Assembly: GCA_951406725.2 (NCBI GenBank)
Contig: OX597824.1
Span: 8,990,001 to 9,054,000, forward strand
Direction: 5' to 3'
From: Octopus vulgaris
Taxonomy: Eukaryota
Length of the DNA: 64,000 bases
The notes below the pieces were generated by a model that saw nothing but the letters and a program-made list of their open reading frames with translations, had not been told where the DNA came from and searched no databases. Shown piece after piece: positions 26,421 to 41,430 of the stretch. Position numbers and translations under genes: made by a program. Every line of letters starts with the position of its first letter. Position 1 is the first letter of the stretch.

Positions 26421-26896
26421 TATCTGGATAGATAAAAAGAGAGGGAGAAAACATATAATTACATAGGGTTTTATAAAAGGATATATGAATAAAGTCTCTC
26501 ACATCAGTGATTGGCTTCTATATCCATTAATTCGTGCCACTAGCGAGACTTTAGTTCGTTGGTATGTGAGAATACTTCATGTTTGTTGCATCTTCGCCAC
26601 AGAAAACCAAGATTCCTTATTTAGCAATATGGCTGAAGGAACGTACCTCTAAATACAGTTCGGCATACTAAATACATAAGTGGAAGGTTCTCACCTGTGC
26701 TTTCAAAATCACAAAATTGCACGTGTGTAACCTAGGTTAATAGTTAAACAATTTGAGTTTCACAAAATGTTAAATAGTGTCACTTCTGCTCAAAATATTA
26801 CGCAAAAAAGAATAGCAATGGGTAAAATGTAACTAATGTGGTAATATGTTTGTTTCGCCATCAAAGGCAGCGTGTCTGAGAAACTAGATCCTGAAA

Positions 26897-26956
<60 letters not shown>

Positions 26957-27744
26957 GTTTGTATATATTGGTTACATTTATAATATAATTGATTCTAATT
27001 TAGAGACAAGGCCAGCAATTTTCAGAGAGGTGGGAAGAAGATTTCAGAGATACGAGCACCCTTAATAGAATCGTAAGGCAGAATCAATAGATAAAGTGTG
27101 ACAAGGTTGGACCCTTATATTGCTAGTACAATCCATCCGACAAGGTTCCACACAACACACATTTGCGCCTATCTAATTTCACCCAAAAGTCCTAGGTCAA
27201 CCTGAAGCTATTTGTAGAAGATTATTCGAGCAAGATGTGTGTTAGGGGCTCTAACTCTAGCCTTCGGGATTTTGAAGTAAGCTTCTTTTCATTTGACAAT
27301 AAACCCACACATACACACACACACACTTTGTTACACACCATCTAGACAAGGTGTTATATGTTTGGTTTATATATTAGGAATTTCTAAACATACGACTTTT
27401 CTTGTGTTTTATGGGTAAATCGAAGTAATGTTCTAAAATATATTTAAATGAAAAACAAGAACAAACGACAAGCCGTGCAATGACAATTACATTTCAACGA
27501 AGCCTGATAATAACGCTAAAATTTGTTTCAAATATATTATTTTTTTATTTCTGAAACCAATGAGGATACGCGCTGCAGAAGAAGCAGAAGCGACGATATT
27601 ATGCAAAGACGAATGGGAAGCAATTAAAACTACTTTAATGGGCTCCTCGCATTAAAAGTCTTTCTTTAAAGACATCTTTTTCGAATTCTTTTGAGCGGGA
27701 GAAAGTAAATGATGTAATAGTTATTAATCAATTTCAATGATATA

Positions 27745-28620
27745 TATATATAGATATATGGATATATATGTGTGTATATACTTGTATATCTGTATATTTG
27801 TATGCATGCATGTATGTGTGTGTGTATGTATGCGAGTATGTATGTGTGTATGCTTCTATGTATGTACGTTTGAATGAATATATGTATGTATGTACATATG
27901 TATGTATGAATAATACGCATGTATGTACATATGTATGTATGCAGGTATGTATGTATGTGTGTATGTATGTATGTATGTATGAATGTGTGTAGGTATGTTT
28001 GTATATATGTATGTGTGCATGTATCTATGTATGCATATATGTGTCTATGTATGTATATATGTATATATGTATGTGTGTATATATGTATGTATGCATGTAT
28101 GTATGCAGGCATGTATGTATGCATGAATGTATGTATGTATGCTGGTATGCATGTTTGTATGCATTTATGTATGTATGTATGCTGGTCTATATGCATTTAT
28201 GTATGTATGCATGTATATATGCAGGGATGTATGTGTGTGTGCATGTATATATGTATGTATGTGTGAGTATGTATGTATGTCTGTATGTATGTATGCATGT
28301 ATGTATATATGTATGTATATATGTATGTATGCATAGATGTATGTATTCATATATGTATGTATGTAGCCATATATGTATGTATATACTTGTATATATGCAC
28401 ACGTATATGGTATCTATATATACTTGGTATCTATAAAGATGTACTTCTCTGGACACGCATGTATACATCCATACATATATATGTGTGTGTATGCGTGTTT
28501 GTGTGATCGTGTGTTTGTGTACAGACAGACACAGGAATACACACGCAAATACACAGGCACACAGACACGCACACAAATGTTGTATATGCGAGTGAACATA
28601 TGTATATATATATGTATGTA
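27745..28620. repeat. (TATG)n degenerate array
   Basis: Direct inspection. Confidence 0.93.
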
Positions 28621-28851
28621 TTGATGTAAGTCTTGAAGAGAGAAAAAGTTTGTCTTTGAAGCATAATCAATTCTTAAATAACCAGTTAAAAATATAAAAA
28701 CCAACATGAAACCAATAAGTGCAGACCTGGTTTTTTTATTATTAAAAAGAAACCGCTGCAAACACACACACTCACACACACACACACACACACACGTGCG
28801 CGCGCGCGCACGCACATACATTTATAGATACAGGCATAGATACATAGATAC

Positions 28852-28902
<51 letters not shown>

Positions 28903-28990
28903 AATATGTATATACGTATGTATGTAACGTGTTCACACACATATATATACACACACACACATATATATAAACCTATATATACACATATAC

Positions 28991-29054
<64 letters not shown>

Positions 29055-29073
29055 ATATCTATCTATCTATCTA

Positions 29074-29113
<40 letters not shown>

Positions 29114-29480
29114 ACATATACGTACATATATATATTTTCGGTGTAACTACACCTAAACACAGTCGTGTTTTATACAAAATCACCCGAACTTATTTACACT
29201 AACACATAGGATCCGTGCTAAAACAGCTTGGTCCTTATCTATGAATGCCTTTAGTATGCTCTGGCCTTTCTGTTGCATATCGATTTCCCATTGTGCCTAA
29301 AAAGCGTTTCTCAGGTAGAGATAACTGAACTCGGTGATCCTGTAAGGTCAATCACTCTCGCACGTGTTATCCCTAAACCCTATGTGCCTCGGAATATTTT
29401 ACTTCTATCGGTATAAAATGAATGATTCGGCATTTGCAGTTTAAGCTGAAGGATCTCTCTCTCCCTCTCTCTCGTTTGCT

Positions 29481-30134
<654 letters not shown>

Positions 30135-30983
30135 ATTGCTTTACGTTTTGGTTGTCTTCCTACCACGTTTTGTATTCGCAGCATTTTCGGAATGCTACTC
30201 CTGATATCACCAGGTATATTTTTCATGTAAACGTTGCCCAGCTTAATGATAGTTTTGTTGAGCTGTTAATAGGTTTAATGGCTATTCAACAAATGTTTTC
30301 CGATTAGGAAAAAAAAATTATATTGCTCTATTAATATTTCTACACTAATGTTGTAAGGTGGGGTACACCACATAAAATCTCGTCCTGTAATGTTTTTAAC
30401 CATGTAGATTGCAGTTTTAGGTAAACATCTCATTTTTTGTTTAGCCCAGTACATTCAAGTAGCTTACTGAATTACAACATAGAGCAACTAATTCTTGGAT
30501 TGCAAACAACAATAAAGGGACATTTTTTCTTGACAGGCCATAATAGCTCCATTACTGCTGGATACCCATACAGGCAAGATTCTGGCGACCGCAATGTCAC
30601 AGATTATATGTCTTCCCGATAAGGGCTCATTTTCGCTTAAGCAACAACTACAAGTGTAATACTTGAATATTACTGTTTACAAATTTTGAAGAGTATCTAT
30701 AAATACAATGCAAGCCAACGAGACGAAGAAATAAATATATTTACTAGTTACTATAACGAATAGCATTGCTAATGTTTCAAGAAAATTCAATTTCATTCGA
30801 TTGGTAGTGTAAACATTGATGGAAGAGATGGAAGAGGGTTGGGTCTAAATAAGTTTCTGTTGATTTTTGAGCTGTAATTTTAATAATATTCATTGGAGTT
30901 TGAAACATAATGGGTTTTTATCTATCCCACACTCCATCGCCTCACTCTGTGTGTTTAGAAAACTATCTATGCAGCTTCCTCTG

Positions 30984-31020
<37 letters not shown>

Positions 31021-31414
31021 CCTTTCTCTGTTTCTCTCTCTTTCTTTTTTCAAATTTCATATCTCCTTACTACTTACTTTCTCGCTATTTTTATTAATTT
31101 TTTTGTTCCAATCTCTCAATAAATATTTCTCCTTCACTCTGTACACTCTCTACACACACTTCTATGCACATATACAAATATATTTGTGCATTAATACGCA
31201 CACTGACATGCATGCAAACAAACCACCCGCACCATTTCCCCTCACACACACATACACACATGAATTCACTTATATGTATACATGGTATACTTTTCCTTTA
31301 GCTCCACATCTTATGTAAAATCTGTTTATGTGTTTTGTGCTTATTTAGAAACACACGGACAGATATATATATATATATATATAGCTGTGTATACATGTAG
31401 AATGATAAACTTTA

Positions 31415-31447
31415 ATAACAATAATAACAATAAGAAAACCAATGATG

Positions 31448-31514
<67 letters not shown>

Positions 31515-31516
31515 TA
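31415..31516. repeat. (AAT)n microsatellite, tail of adjacent SINE B
   Basis: Direct inspection. Confidence 0.9.
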
Positions 31517-31917
31517 ATGGTTTCAAGTTTTGGCACACGGCCAACAATTTCGGGGTAAGGGGGTAGGTCGATTACATCGATCTCAGTGTTCCAGTGGTAC
31601 TGAATTTATCGATTCCGAAAAGATGAAAGGCAAAGTCGACCTCGGCGGAATTTGAACTCAGAAAGTAACGGCAGACGCAATACCTATTCCTTTACTACCT
31701 ACAAGGGGCTAAACACAGAGGGGACAAACACGGACAGACAAACGGATTAAGTCGATTATATCGACCCCAGTGCGTAACTGGTACTTATTTAATCGACCCC
31801 GAAATGATGAAAGGCAAAGTCGACCTCGGCGGAATTTGAACTCAGAATGTAACGGCAGACGAAATACTGCTAAGCATTTCGCCCGGCATGCTAACGTTTC
31901 TGCCAGCTGGTCGCCTT
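31517..31917 (-). mobile_element. SINE B long variant joined to 5'-truncated short variant
   Basis: Minus-strand junction ...ggaatag|gtattgcgtctgccgttac at 31684, the same family position as at 18556. Confidence 0.88.
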
Positions 31918-31918
31918 T

Positions 31919-32400
31919 GAGATGAGGAGAGAGTTGAGAAGTTTCGGCAAATAGTCATGAAAGACCGTCGAGTAACGAAGCAGGAAACTATTCACGAAGA
32001 TGGAATAAGCCAGTAATCAGTGCATTCCATTTTAACGGAGGATTTGTGCATGCGGCAAAATTCATCCCTAAATTTCTCGCGGAGTAACAGAGCCAACTCC
32101 GCATGGACATCGCTCGGGACATGCTGGACTGTGCAAACCATTACCCAGACTTCATAAAGACCATCATAACTAGTGATCGGACACGAGTCCATGGCCTCTG
32201 CTCGATGTAATCGGTCATCTTGCATGAACACGAAAATCCAACGAGCGCAAACTATCCGTTGGTTCTCTGGGTATAACATTCGGGAACTGACCTACCGACA
32301 AGAAAATTTCCATACGTGTGCAAGAAGAGTGGTGTCACATGTCATCCCACGCGGCATTAGTTTTACGGGAAAAAATAAAGTCAGGTACTTTTTGAATGCA
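31919..32400 (+). mobile_element. Mariner transposase pseudogene fragment with probable right end
   Basis: Frameshifted translation ERVEKFRQIVMKDRRVT...SVHSILTEDLCMR / AKFIPKFL...QLRMDIARDMLDCANHYPDFIKTIITSD (HTH plus start of catalytic domain); ends aaagtcaggtactttttgaa. Confidence 0.8.
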
Positions 32401-32461
32401 CATTTTTACAAATCTCTATATGCAGAACAAAACAAACCTATATAAAGAAATATACGAATGC

Positions 32462-32521
<60 letters not shown>

Positions 32522-32597
32522 TATCTGTCTCTTTGTCTTTCTCTCTCTCATTATTTATATGCGTGTATATATATACATTATATATTATGTATATATA

Positions 32598-32648
<51 letters not shown>

Positions 32649-33369
32649 CCCTTTCTATCATATATATATGTGTATATATACATACATACATACATACATA
32701 TATATATATATACACACAAATAAGCATGTACATGTATATATATATATATATATATTTGTGTGTACATGTGTGTGTATATGTGTATGTGTGTGAGTGTGTG
32801 TTTATAAATACAGTGTTCCGTGTCCACATCGTCATTTCATCTATAATTCTACGTTAGAAAAACACATTACTCAAAGCCTGAATCGCAATTTATTGGTCTC
32901 TTCTCACGAATGGTTCCATCAAAACCTCTAACTACGTATATATCTAAGCTAATTGGAATATATACATTTTATTACGTGGTCTCTGTGAATGCTGCATCTT
33001 CAATAGATTAAATCTAATCAATGTCTTTGCGTCACCGTAGCCAACTTCGTATTTCTTTTTACTTTTTATTTCTGTTTTTTTTTTGTTTTATAAATTCATT
33101 AACATTACAGCAAATTGCAGCAATAATCGAAATAGGTAAGCAAATACGATATACGAAGTACGAAACTATATGGTAGTGTGGTCCACTAGAAATAGAAGCC
33201 ATTTCTCCATCATATAACATATTCCCATATAAAAATCATGAAGATACAACGAACAATATTTTCATGAATGAGCTGCCTGAAAGTAATGAAATGATGTTAA
33301 AATTAAGAGCCAGATGTGTCGAGAAAATAAAGTACTTGTAACGTACTTGAGTAGATTTCCTTAGTTAAT

Positions 33370-33650
33370 ACTCCCTTCCCAATCTCAAGCCCCAAGAGAT
33401 TTCGAAATAATCTTGGGGAGGGGATGTGACAAGAGCGGTAGCGAAATACCTTCATATTTTACAACAGAAACATTTAAATTGATAAAGATTTTTAAAGGAT
33501 ATTGGCAGCACTTGTCTGCGCAACCTTTTGTATTTCTTTGAGACATGCTTCTCCTGGGATGTTGTGTAGATGTATCAGATATCCCTTTTTATCATATCTA
33601 CGAGACCTAAAATAACAGGAATAGTTTTTGCTTGAAGATTCCACTCGCCA
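33370..33650 (-). mobile_element. Dong/R4-type LINE 3' end fragment
   Basis: Translation GEWNLQAKTIPVILGLVDMIK resembles the RLE C-terminus. Confidence 0.6.
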
Positions 33651-35040
33651 TCACCTGCTACACATCCGTGTTGCTGAGATGTGAACATGCTTGTGAGCCA
33701 TTGTTATTTTTGGGCTAGGGGTGTAAAACTCTTCCTGGTATTGTATTGCATCTGTTTGTTTTGTCATTGAGTCTGGCTTGAGTCTTCTTTTTGTATAAGT
33801 GCTTGTATTGTCTTGTGTTTGTAACACAAGTGGTGTTCTGTTGGGTATCCGACCTGTAGAGTACATGTCGTGGGAGGTTGTTTATTTCATTGGATTTTTA
33901 CCGTATAGAGTGTCTTTTTTTAGTGGATTAATTTAGGTTGTACTATTGAATTGATGGTGTCTTGCGTAGGATGTAGGCTGTTCCTATCAGGGCTATTTTC
34001 TGGATAGTATGTAGTGCTGAGGGTCTGCGTTTTTGTTCATGGGTTTTTTATCATGCCCAGAGCTCCAGTTATTACTGGCATCATTTTCACCTTCATGCTC
34101 CATACTCTTGTATACTTCAATTTCCCCACTACATTTTGGGTAATATTTTAGTCACAAGGGACTGCAATGTGTACCAATAAGCAAGCGTGTTTGTTTTTCC
34201 AGTCATTGATTATCAAGTCCGGACGATTAGCTTTTATTTCCTTATCGGTTTGCGCAGGTATATCCCTGATGATTGCCCTTTATCTTATTTGGCACAAGTT
34301 TATACTATTTCTGTTTTTTTTTTATGTTGCAGTGTTGGCATATTGCCCTGTGGATATAACAACTTGCTCAGACATGTCTATATATACATTCAGATTTGCT
34401 TAGGACTGGACAGCCAGGAATGATGTAGTTAACCGTCCCATTGTGTTCCTTGCATATTCTGCATTTGGTGTTAGGGCCCATTTTCTTTATTTTCCTTTTA
34501 TAGTTCTTTGGAGTCAGATATTGTTCTTGTGCAGCGAGAATCGGTCCTTCCGTTTCTGCTTTTAGTCCAGAGCTTTTGAGCCACTGTTGGCGTTTCCTTA
34601 GATTCACGTCTGTCGAGCCATGCATGGTATTGGTCATGGAGTGATTTTTCTCCCCATTCTTTTTTAGTTATGTTTTGTAATTCTCTTTTCGTGTTGTTTT
34701 CTTTTCACTTTCACGATTTCCGTTTTGTAGGCCTCTGACAAAAGTTTCCGTGTGCTTTCCTTCTGCTGTGTATTTGGTCGAATTTTTGTGTATAGAGAAA
34801 AACGTTCTCTTTCTTGTGTGTTCCTTTATTAAACATAGAAGTCGTTCACTTTGGATCCTAAGTATTTTCCTTCTCCGACGGCAGTTATTTTATAGTAGTT
34901 ATCTGTGTCAGACCATAACCTCCTTCTGGACGGACTAAATATATTCTCTCTACTTTAAGGTGATGACTTCGATAAGCTCTTTATAGTTGTCTGGTTTTTC
35001 AGTTAACTAATCTTCCAATTTAGTGTTCTCCCAAATTTCG
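33651..35040 (-). mobile_element. Dong/R4-clade RLE LINE, decayed 3' half (zinc knuckle + endonuclease + 3' UTR)
   Basis: WLKSSGLKAETEGPILAAQEQ...KCRICKEHNGTVNYIIPGC (degenerate CCHC), KANRPDLII (PD motif), PVITGALGMIK; stops and frameshifts. Confidence 0.85.
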
Positions 35041-35046
35041 GTAGGG

Positions 35047-35048
<2 letters not shown>

Positions 35049-35103
<55 letters not shown>

Positions 35104-35490
35104 GCCTTTGCACAGCTTCTAACGCTGGAGATGTACTACAGTGTCAGCTGTTCACTACCAGTGAACACCTCCTATTTTTCGAGCACCTTCTAGAGTATTG
35201 GAGTGTTTCAAAGCAGTGCTGTTTTCTGCAAGTGCTCCACCCTTATTGCAGCCCCTATTTGTTCCACATACTTCTCGAGAATTTTGCTCGCCGCTCGCAA
35301 GACTCTGATAATTTTTGGTACTACTGCTACCTTTTTCATCGACCACAACTGCTTAACTTCACAAGCTAACATGTCATGTCTCCCAACTTTTCTTTCTTTC
35401 TTATTGCATACCTTGTCGTCAGCTGGGCATTGCTACATCTATGATCCAGCATAGTTTGTTTTCTTTCTCAATTAAGTTCTGATTAGCATG
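35049..35490 (-). mobile_element. Second Dong/R4 3' fragment with (AAT)n tail nested in the first
   Basis: CWIIDVAMP...EVKQLWSMKKVAVVP...EHLQKTALL, short 3' UTR, then (AAT)n at 35049-35103. Confidence 0.8.
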
Positions 35491-35499
35491 TCAACATCA

Positions 35500-35990
35500 G
35501 TGCCTGACAGAAAAGGAATAGAGAGAGCGAGTCCCCTTGGAAGATTCCTCTTCTAACGGGGATCGCTATAGTTTATATGGTTCCCTCTTTTGTCTGATGC
35601 TGCAGAACTGTTTGATATTTATTCATGACATGTCTTATGTTTTTTTATTTATTGTTAGTGCTACCTTGTTCATGACTAGTGTTTCTGGCATCCATGCGTA
35701 GAGGATGCTGCCAAAAACCTTCCGGTAATCGACTCAAGCCATACATAGACTCTTATTTTCCTTTTGGCAGTCTTCACTTATCGATTTTGTGATCAATAAC
35801 TGAACTTTACAGTCATATGAACCTTTGCAGCATCCCTTCTCTTCTGGAAGCAAGATATTTCCGTCTAGATGCCTGTCCATTTTCTGCGATATTATTACAG
35901 GTAAGACATTGTAGCTTCTCACAAGATATCTTATGGATCTGTAGTTATGCAGCCTTGTAGTTTCAGTAAATTTGGGAATTAATGTTTTCA
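35500..35990 (-). mobile_element. Dong/R4 reverse transcriptase fragment
   Basis: LIPK...NYRSI...EEKGCCKGSYDCKVQLL...LCMA*VDYRKVF...RRGIFQGDSLS. Confidence 0.85.
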
Positions 35991-36016
35991 ACATTCAGGT
36001 GTTGTCACTGGCACCG

Positions 36017-36034
36017 ATATTATTATTATTATTA

Positions 36035-36093
<59 letters not shown>

Positions 36094-36342
36094 GTTGTTG
36101 TTGTTGTTATTATTATTATTACTTTTCCTCCTTTCTTCAGATTTCCTGCCGTTTCTCGTCGAGTTTTTTCCGTACACCTACGGCACAGAAGCTCATTGTA
36201 TGTATTCCCAGATTACACACGGAAATTAACAGGTGAAATATGTATTTTAAGAAAAAATTAATAAATAAATAAATTCATGAATGGATGTTGTTTTCACAGC
36301 GATAATGCTCTTCTCAGTACATGAGTCGTTCCAGTTAAGACG

Positions 36343-36421
<79 letters not shown>

Positions 36422-36484
36422 TCAACATCATCATCATCATCATTATTATTATTATTAGTAGTAGTAGTAGTAGTAGTGGTAGTG

Positions 36485-36529
<45 letters not shown>

Positions 36530-36530
36530 T
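36017..36530 (-). mobile_element. Short Dong/R4 3' end (36122-36342) between two (AAT)n arrays
   Basis: Minus-strand IVLTGTTHVLRRALSL* matches the typical C-terminal LGT..ILR..L motif, followed by 3' UTR and AAT tail. Confidence 0.7.
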
Positions 36531-36712
36531 GCTAGGCAGAATGCTTAGAGATATTTCGTCTGTCGTTACCTTCTGAGTTCTAATTACCTCAAGGTTGACT
36601 TTGCTTTTCATCCTTTCAAGTTCGATAGTACCAGCGAAACACTGCGGTCGATGTAATCGACTAGTCCCCTCCCCACAGATACAAGGCCTTGTGCCTATAG
36701 TAGAAAGGATTA

Positions 36713-36745
<33 letters not shown>

Positions 36746-36950
36746 GCACCATCATTTTTCAACGTGGTGAGCGGGCAAAATCGATAGCGGCATTTCTTCC
36801 GACTCTGGGTTCAAATACTGCGTAGGGCGACTTTGCCCTCTATCATTTCAGGGTTGATAAACTGCGTACCAGTTCAGTGCTGTGGTCAATGAAAATTAAC
36901 TTCCCCCTCCCCTCAAAAACTGCTGACTCTATGCCAAAACTTAGAAACAG
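36530..36950 (+). mobile_element. Two SINE B short variants, each ending in (ATT)n
   Basis: 36530-36712 and 36764-36950 align with 966-1182. Confidence 0.78.
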
Positions 36951-37010
36951 TATTATTATCATTATTATTACTATTACCATTATTATTATTATTATCATTA
37001 TTATTATCAC

Positions 37011-37053
<43 letters not shown>

Positions 37054-37093
37054 AATATTATTATCATTATCATTAATATTACTATTATTATTA

Positions 37094-37191
<98 letters not shown>

Positions 37192-37230
37192 GCTCTGATG
37201 GTTATTGTATTATTATTATCATTATTATTA

Positions 37231-37303
<73 letters not shown>

Positions 37304-37420
37304 CATAATATTATTATCATTATCATTAATATTACTATTATTATTATTATTATTATTATTATTATCATCATCATCATCATCATCATCATCATATTATTAT
37401 TATTATCATCCTCATCATCA

Positions 37421-37471
<51 letters not shown>

Positions 37472-37480
37472 CATCATCAT
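36950..37480. repeat. (ATT)n/(ATC)n microsatellite
   Basis: Direct inspection. Confidence 0.95.
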
Positions 37481-37989
37481 TTGATGACTATGGTTTGTAT
37501 GCTGACTTTCATTTGTACCAACAGAAATGTTATCGTAAATATTATTTTCCTTCCAGTAAAATTTACATTTTCAAATCCCCAAAGACAGTTTTATAAAATT
37601 GAAATATTTTAATTATTTATTTTTGGTTCATGTTATCTTGACTCTAGCAACTTAAGGAACATTCTGTTTTATTATTTTTTACCAACAATTTTATTGTTTC
37701 TGTGAATGTTGATATTACAAATATTTTTTTTCGCTTTTCCTTTTGCCTGCGTTAGTGCTGCCAAGGCGATGAAAATCGCACTAGTAGTGACTATTCAAAT
37801 TGATTAGTTTCATAACATTATTTTCTCATTTGTTATTTCAGTAATAGAATTTCTACAACCTTCGAGAATTGCCGTTCCTCCTTTCCTTTCATAATGTTCT
37901 CATTTCTTCGAGGTTAGGCCAGCCCCAAATGTCGAGGTTTCATTTCTCCTCACGGCACACGAAGTTATATAAAATTTGCTAATTTATTA

Positions 37990-38160
37990 TACCGTTTTCT
38001 TTTAATTAAATTTTTTATTCCTTGCCGCCTTCGATCTACTAACAATAAAATGCCAATGGTATTTTATTGTTATTTTAATTTTATATTTCTATTATATGTA
38101 ATTTTCTAGATGGTGTAATTTAATTGTTCATTTTGAATTGATAAAGGATGTTTTTTTCTA

Positions 38161-38165
<5 letters not shown>
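37990..38165 (+). mobile_element. PLE-like terminus (family P4) ending in (TA)n
   Basis: 62-bp near-identity with 8617-8679; family assignment by context only. Confidence 0.5.
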
Positions 38166-38247
<82 letters not shown>

Positions 38248-38327
38248 TTGATTTAGTATTTCTAAATTGAATTTTTTTCCATGTAAGTTTGGATTAATAT
38301 TCCTTCAAATAATTATTATATATATAT

Positions 38328-38610
38328 AGCAAATAAGAAAGTTGAGAGGATATAAAATCGACAGACATCAGCTGGGAAACATTCCAGTGTGTCTAATTAT
38401 TCCAATGTATTATACATTCACATGTATTAGTGATACAGATTATCAAATAGAATGTGTTGATAACTGCAAAAACAAGGGTGTGCAAACATAATCACATAGG
38501 AACAGGTGATTAATATATATATATGTAAAGTATTAATTGATAGTAGGAGAAGGATTTCGAATTGAACCTTTATTAGGTACAACATATGTGGTACCTTATA
38601 AATCACCTGT
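38328..38610 (-). mobile_element. PLE-like terminus with decayed hammerhead motif
   Basis: Minus strand cCTAATAAaggttcaattcGAAAtcc (38551-38580); ends atcctctcaactttcttatttgcTATATA. Confidence 0.45.
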
Positions 38611-38634
38611 ATTTGTATGTGTGGGTGTACACGT

Positions 38635-38767
38635 CGGCGTGCAGTTAGAAGCTTGCATCCCAACCACATGGCCCGGGTTCAGTCCCACTGCGTGGCATCT
38701 CGGCCAAGCGTCTTCTACTATAGCCTTGGACGGACCAAAGACTTGTGAGTGGATCATGTAGGCGGAT
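38635..38767 (+). mobile_element. SINE A head fragment
   Basis: caaccacatggcccgggttcagtcccactgcgtggc... Confidence 0.8.
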
Positions 38768-39452
38768 ATATATATATATACATATATAGATAGATATGTA
38801 GGTAGATATAGATATATGTATGGTTATATATATATATAAGTGTGTGCTTATACGTATATATTTGTGCGTGTGTGTCTGTGTTTCTGTGTGTTTGTCCGTG
38901 TATACCTAAGTACGTATATATTTATATAAAGAGGATTGGCTGATGGTTTAAAAGCATCTGATTTATAATTAACTCGGTGAAATTAACTGTCAATTATGAC
39001 TGTCTTCTCCAAAATATTTACTAAATACTAAATTATATTTAATGTTCGAGATTTTCTTATGTGATGATGGTTGGTGTGGGAGATTCAGAACGATGTTAAA
39101 ACATTTTAGTGGTTTTGGTGAGAACAGTTGAGGTGTTGGGAAGTGGTGTGGGTGTGGCTGAGTAAGAGTTAAACATTAATACTTCTGAAATTTAAACTAA
39201 TAACTTCAACTTCTTGCCTGCGGTGTTTTCTTATAAATAAATTCCGATATATGAAATAAATAAATAAACACACACACACACATACACACACACACACACA
39301 CATATGTATATCCATGTGTGTGTGTGAATATGTGTGTGTATGTAAAATAAAATATGATCAGATAATTTCCTTGCGATTAAAATGAAAGCTTCCAGCATGA
39401 AAAAAATAACCTTTTAGCTTGGTAAAATAACTTAGCTTGAGCATATGTGTGC

Positions 39453-39499
<47 letters not shown>

Positions 39500-39735
39500 A
39501 ATATATATGTTATGTATGCATGAAGAAAATATATACGTACTTATATATATTATATATATATATATACAATATGTACGCAGACGTATAAATATATATATGG
39601 CTATATACATATTTACATATATATATATGCACATAGGCATACATACATACAAACACATACACACACACACACACATATATATATATAAACATATGTATGC
39701 ATACATATGTATATATATATGTAAGTATGTATGTA

Positions 39736-39778
<43 letters not shown>

Positions 39779-40115
39779 CCATCTATATATATACGTATAT
39801 ATATATGTGTGTGTGTATATATAGATAGATATTACATGTGCTTCTTTCTGTTAGTGAACTAAAAATAAAGAACCATGGTTATGTATTAAACCTACATACA
39901 CGTGCATGGATATAAACATGCATATGTACTTGCATATAAATTTACGCGTGTAGAAGACGATAAGAAAGCGGAGATAAATATCAGAGATAAACCTGCTGCT
40001 AAGTAGATATTAGAGAATATACCATACTCACATTGAAATGCAAGACTTTTATCAATCAATCTCATTATCTCTCTATCTCCATCTCTCTTACTATCTCTTT
40101 CCATCTCCACCTACC

Positions 40116-40181
<66 letters not shown>

Positions 40182-40449
40182 AGATATACATATATACAGG
40201 TACACATTCAGGTATATATTTATGCATACATACGGGCACTCATACATACATGCATACGTACATGTATATATATGCACGTGCATTCATGCGTGCATGCATA
40301 TCTATTGACCTTTATATTTACTCGCATACAAGTAACCGTATTATACATTATAAACTTTAAACCCTGCAGCCGAACATGTAAATTAAAAATATACCTATTA
40401 CGACATCCATAGTTACATGCAGGTACACACACACACATACACACATGTA

Positions 40450-40730
40450 TGATAGATTGATAAGTAGATAGATAGAGAGATAAATATATAGACAGATGGA
40501 TAGATAGATAGATAGATAGATAGATAGAAAGAGAGAGAGAGAAGTGGATAGATAAATAGATGGCTAGATGTATACGTGGATATATGGATAGATAGATAGA
40601 TACATACATAGATAGGTAGATTGATAGATAGATAGACAGAGAGAGAGAGATGGATAGATAAATAGATGGATACATTGATAGAAAGATAGATATATAGATG
40701 AGAGATAGATGCAGAGAGAGAGAGGCAGAT
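40450..40730. repeat. (GATA)n degenerate array
   Basis: Direct inspection. Confidence 0.9.
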
Positions 40731-40746
40731 AAAAGTGTATAAACAA

Positions 40747-40781
<35 letters not shown>

Positions 40782-41386
40782 TATCCACATATATGCATAT
40801 ATGTATGTATGTGTGTGTAGACGTGTATGTGCGTATTTATTATTAGCGTGCATGGCAATATGTATGTGTGTATGCTTGTGTGAGTAATGAACAGATCTAT
40901 TGTGATGGATCATTATGTGCTCAAAATAATCTTTGACAAGATGGAAAAATTAGGCAGAAAATACTATACTAAAAATAGATGGCATATGCAAAGAAACTTT
41001 TGAACTGTAGGGTATATCTGTCCAGTGTGGTGTATGTGTATCTACATGTAGGTGTGTGTGTGTGTGTGTGTGTGTGATGTGGGATTATAAGTACCATTGT
41101 CTGCTTCTGTGTGTCCGAAGATATTCATGCATTGTGCTACCAAATTCTATATACCCAACTATAGTATCCAATTTAATTTTATCAATACTTATTAAATCTG
41201 CTTCTTCTATGATGTCGAATGAATAGACCTCACATTCAGAGCACCTTAAAAGCACCGAAAATGTCTTTCTACTGCTACTACTACTACTACTACTACTACT
41301 AGCTGTATGTTTATCTAGCTCACTCTTCCACTATACATATCTATACACACATAAGAAAATATATTTGATCTATCTATATATATATC

Positions 41387-41430
<44 letters not shown>

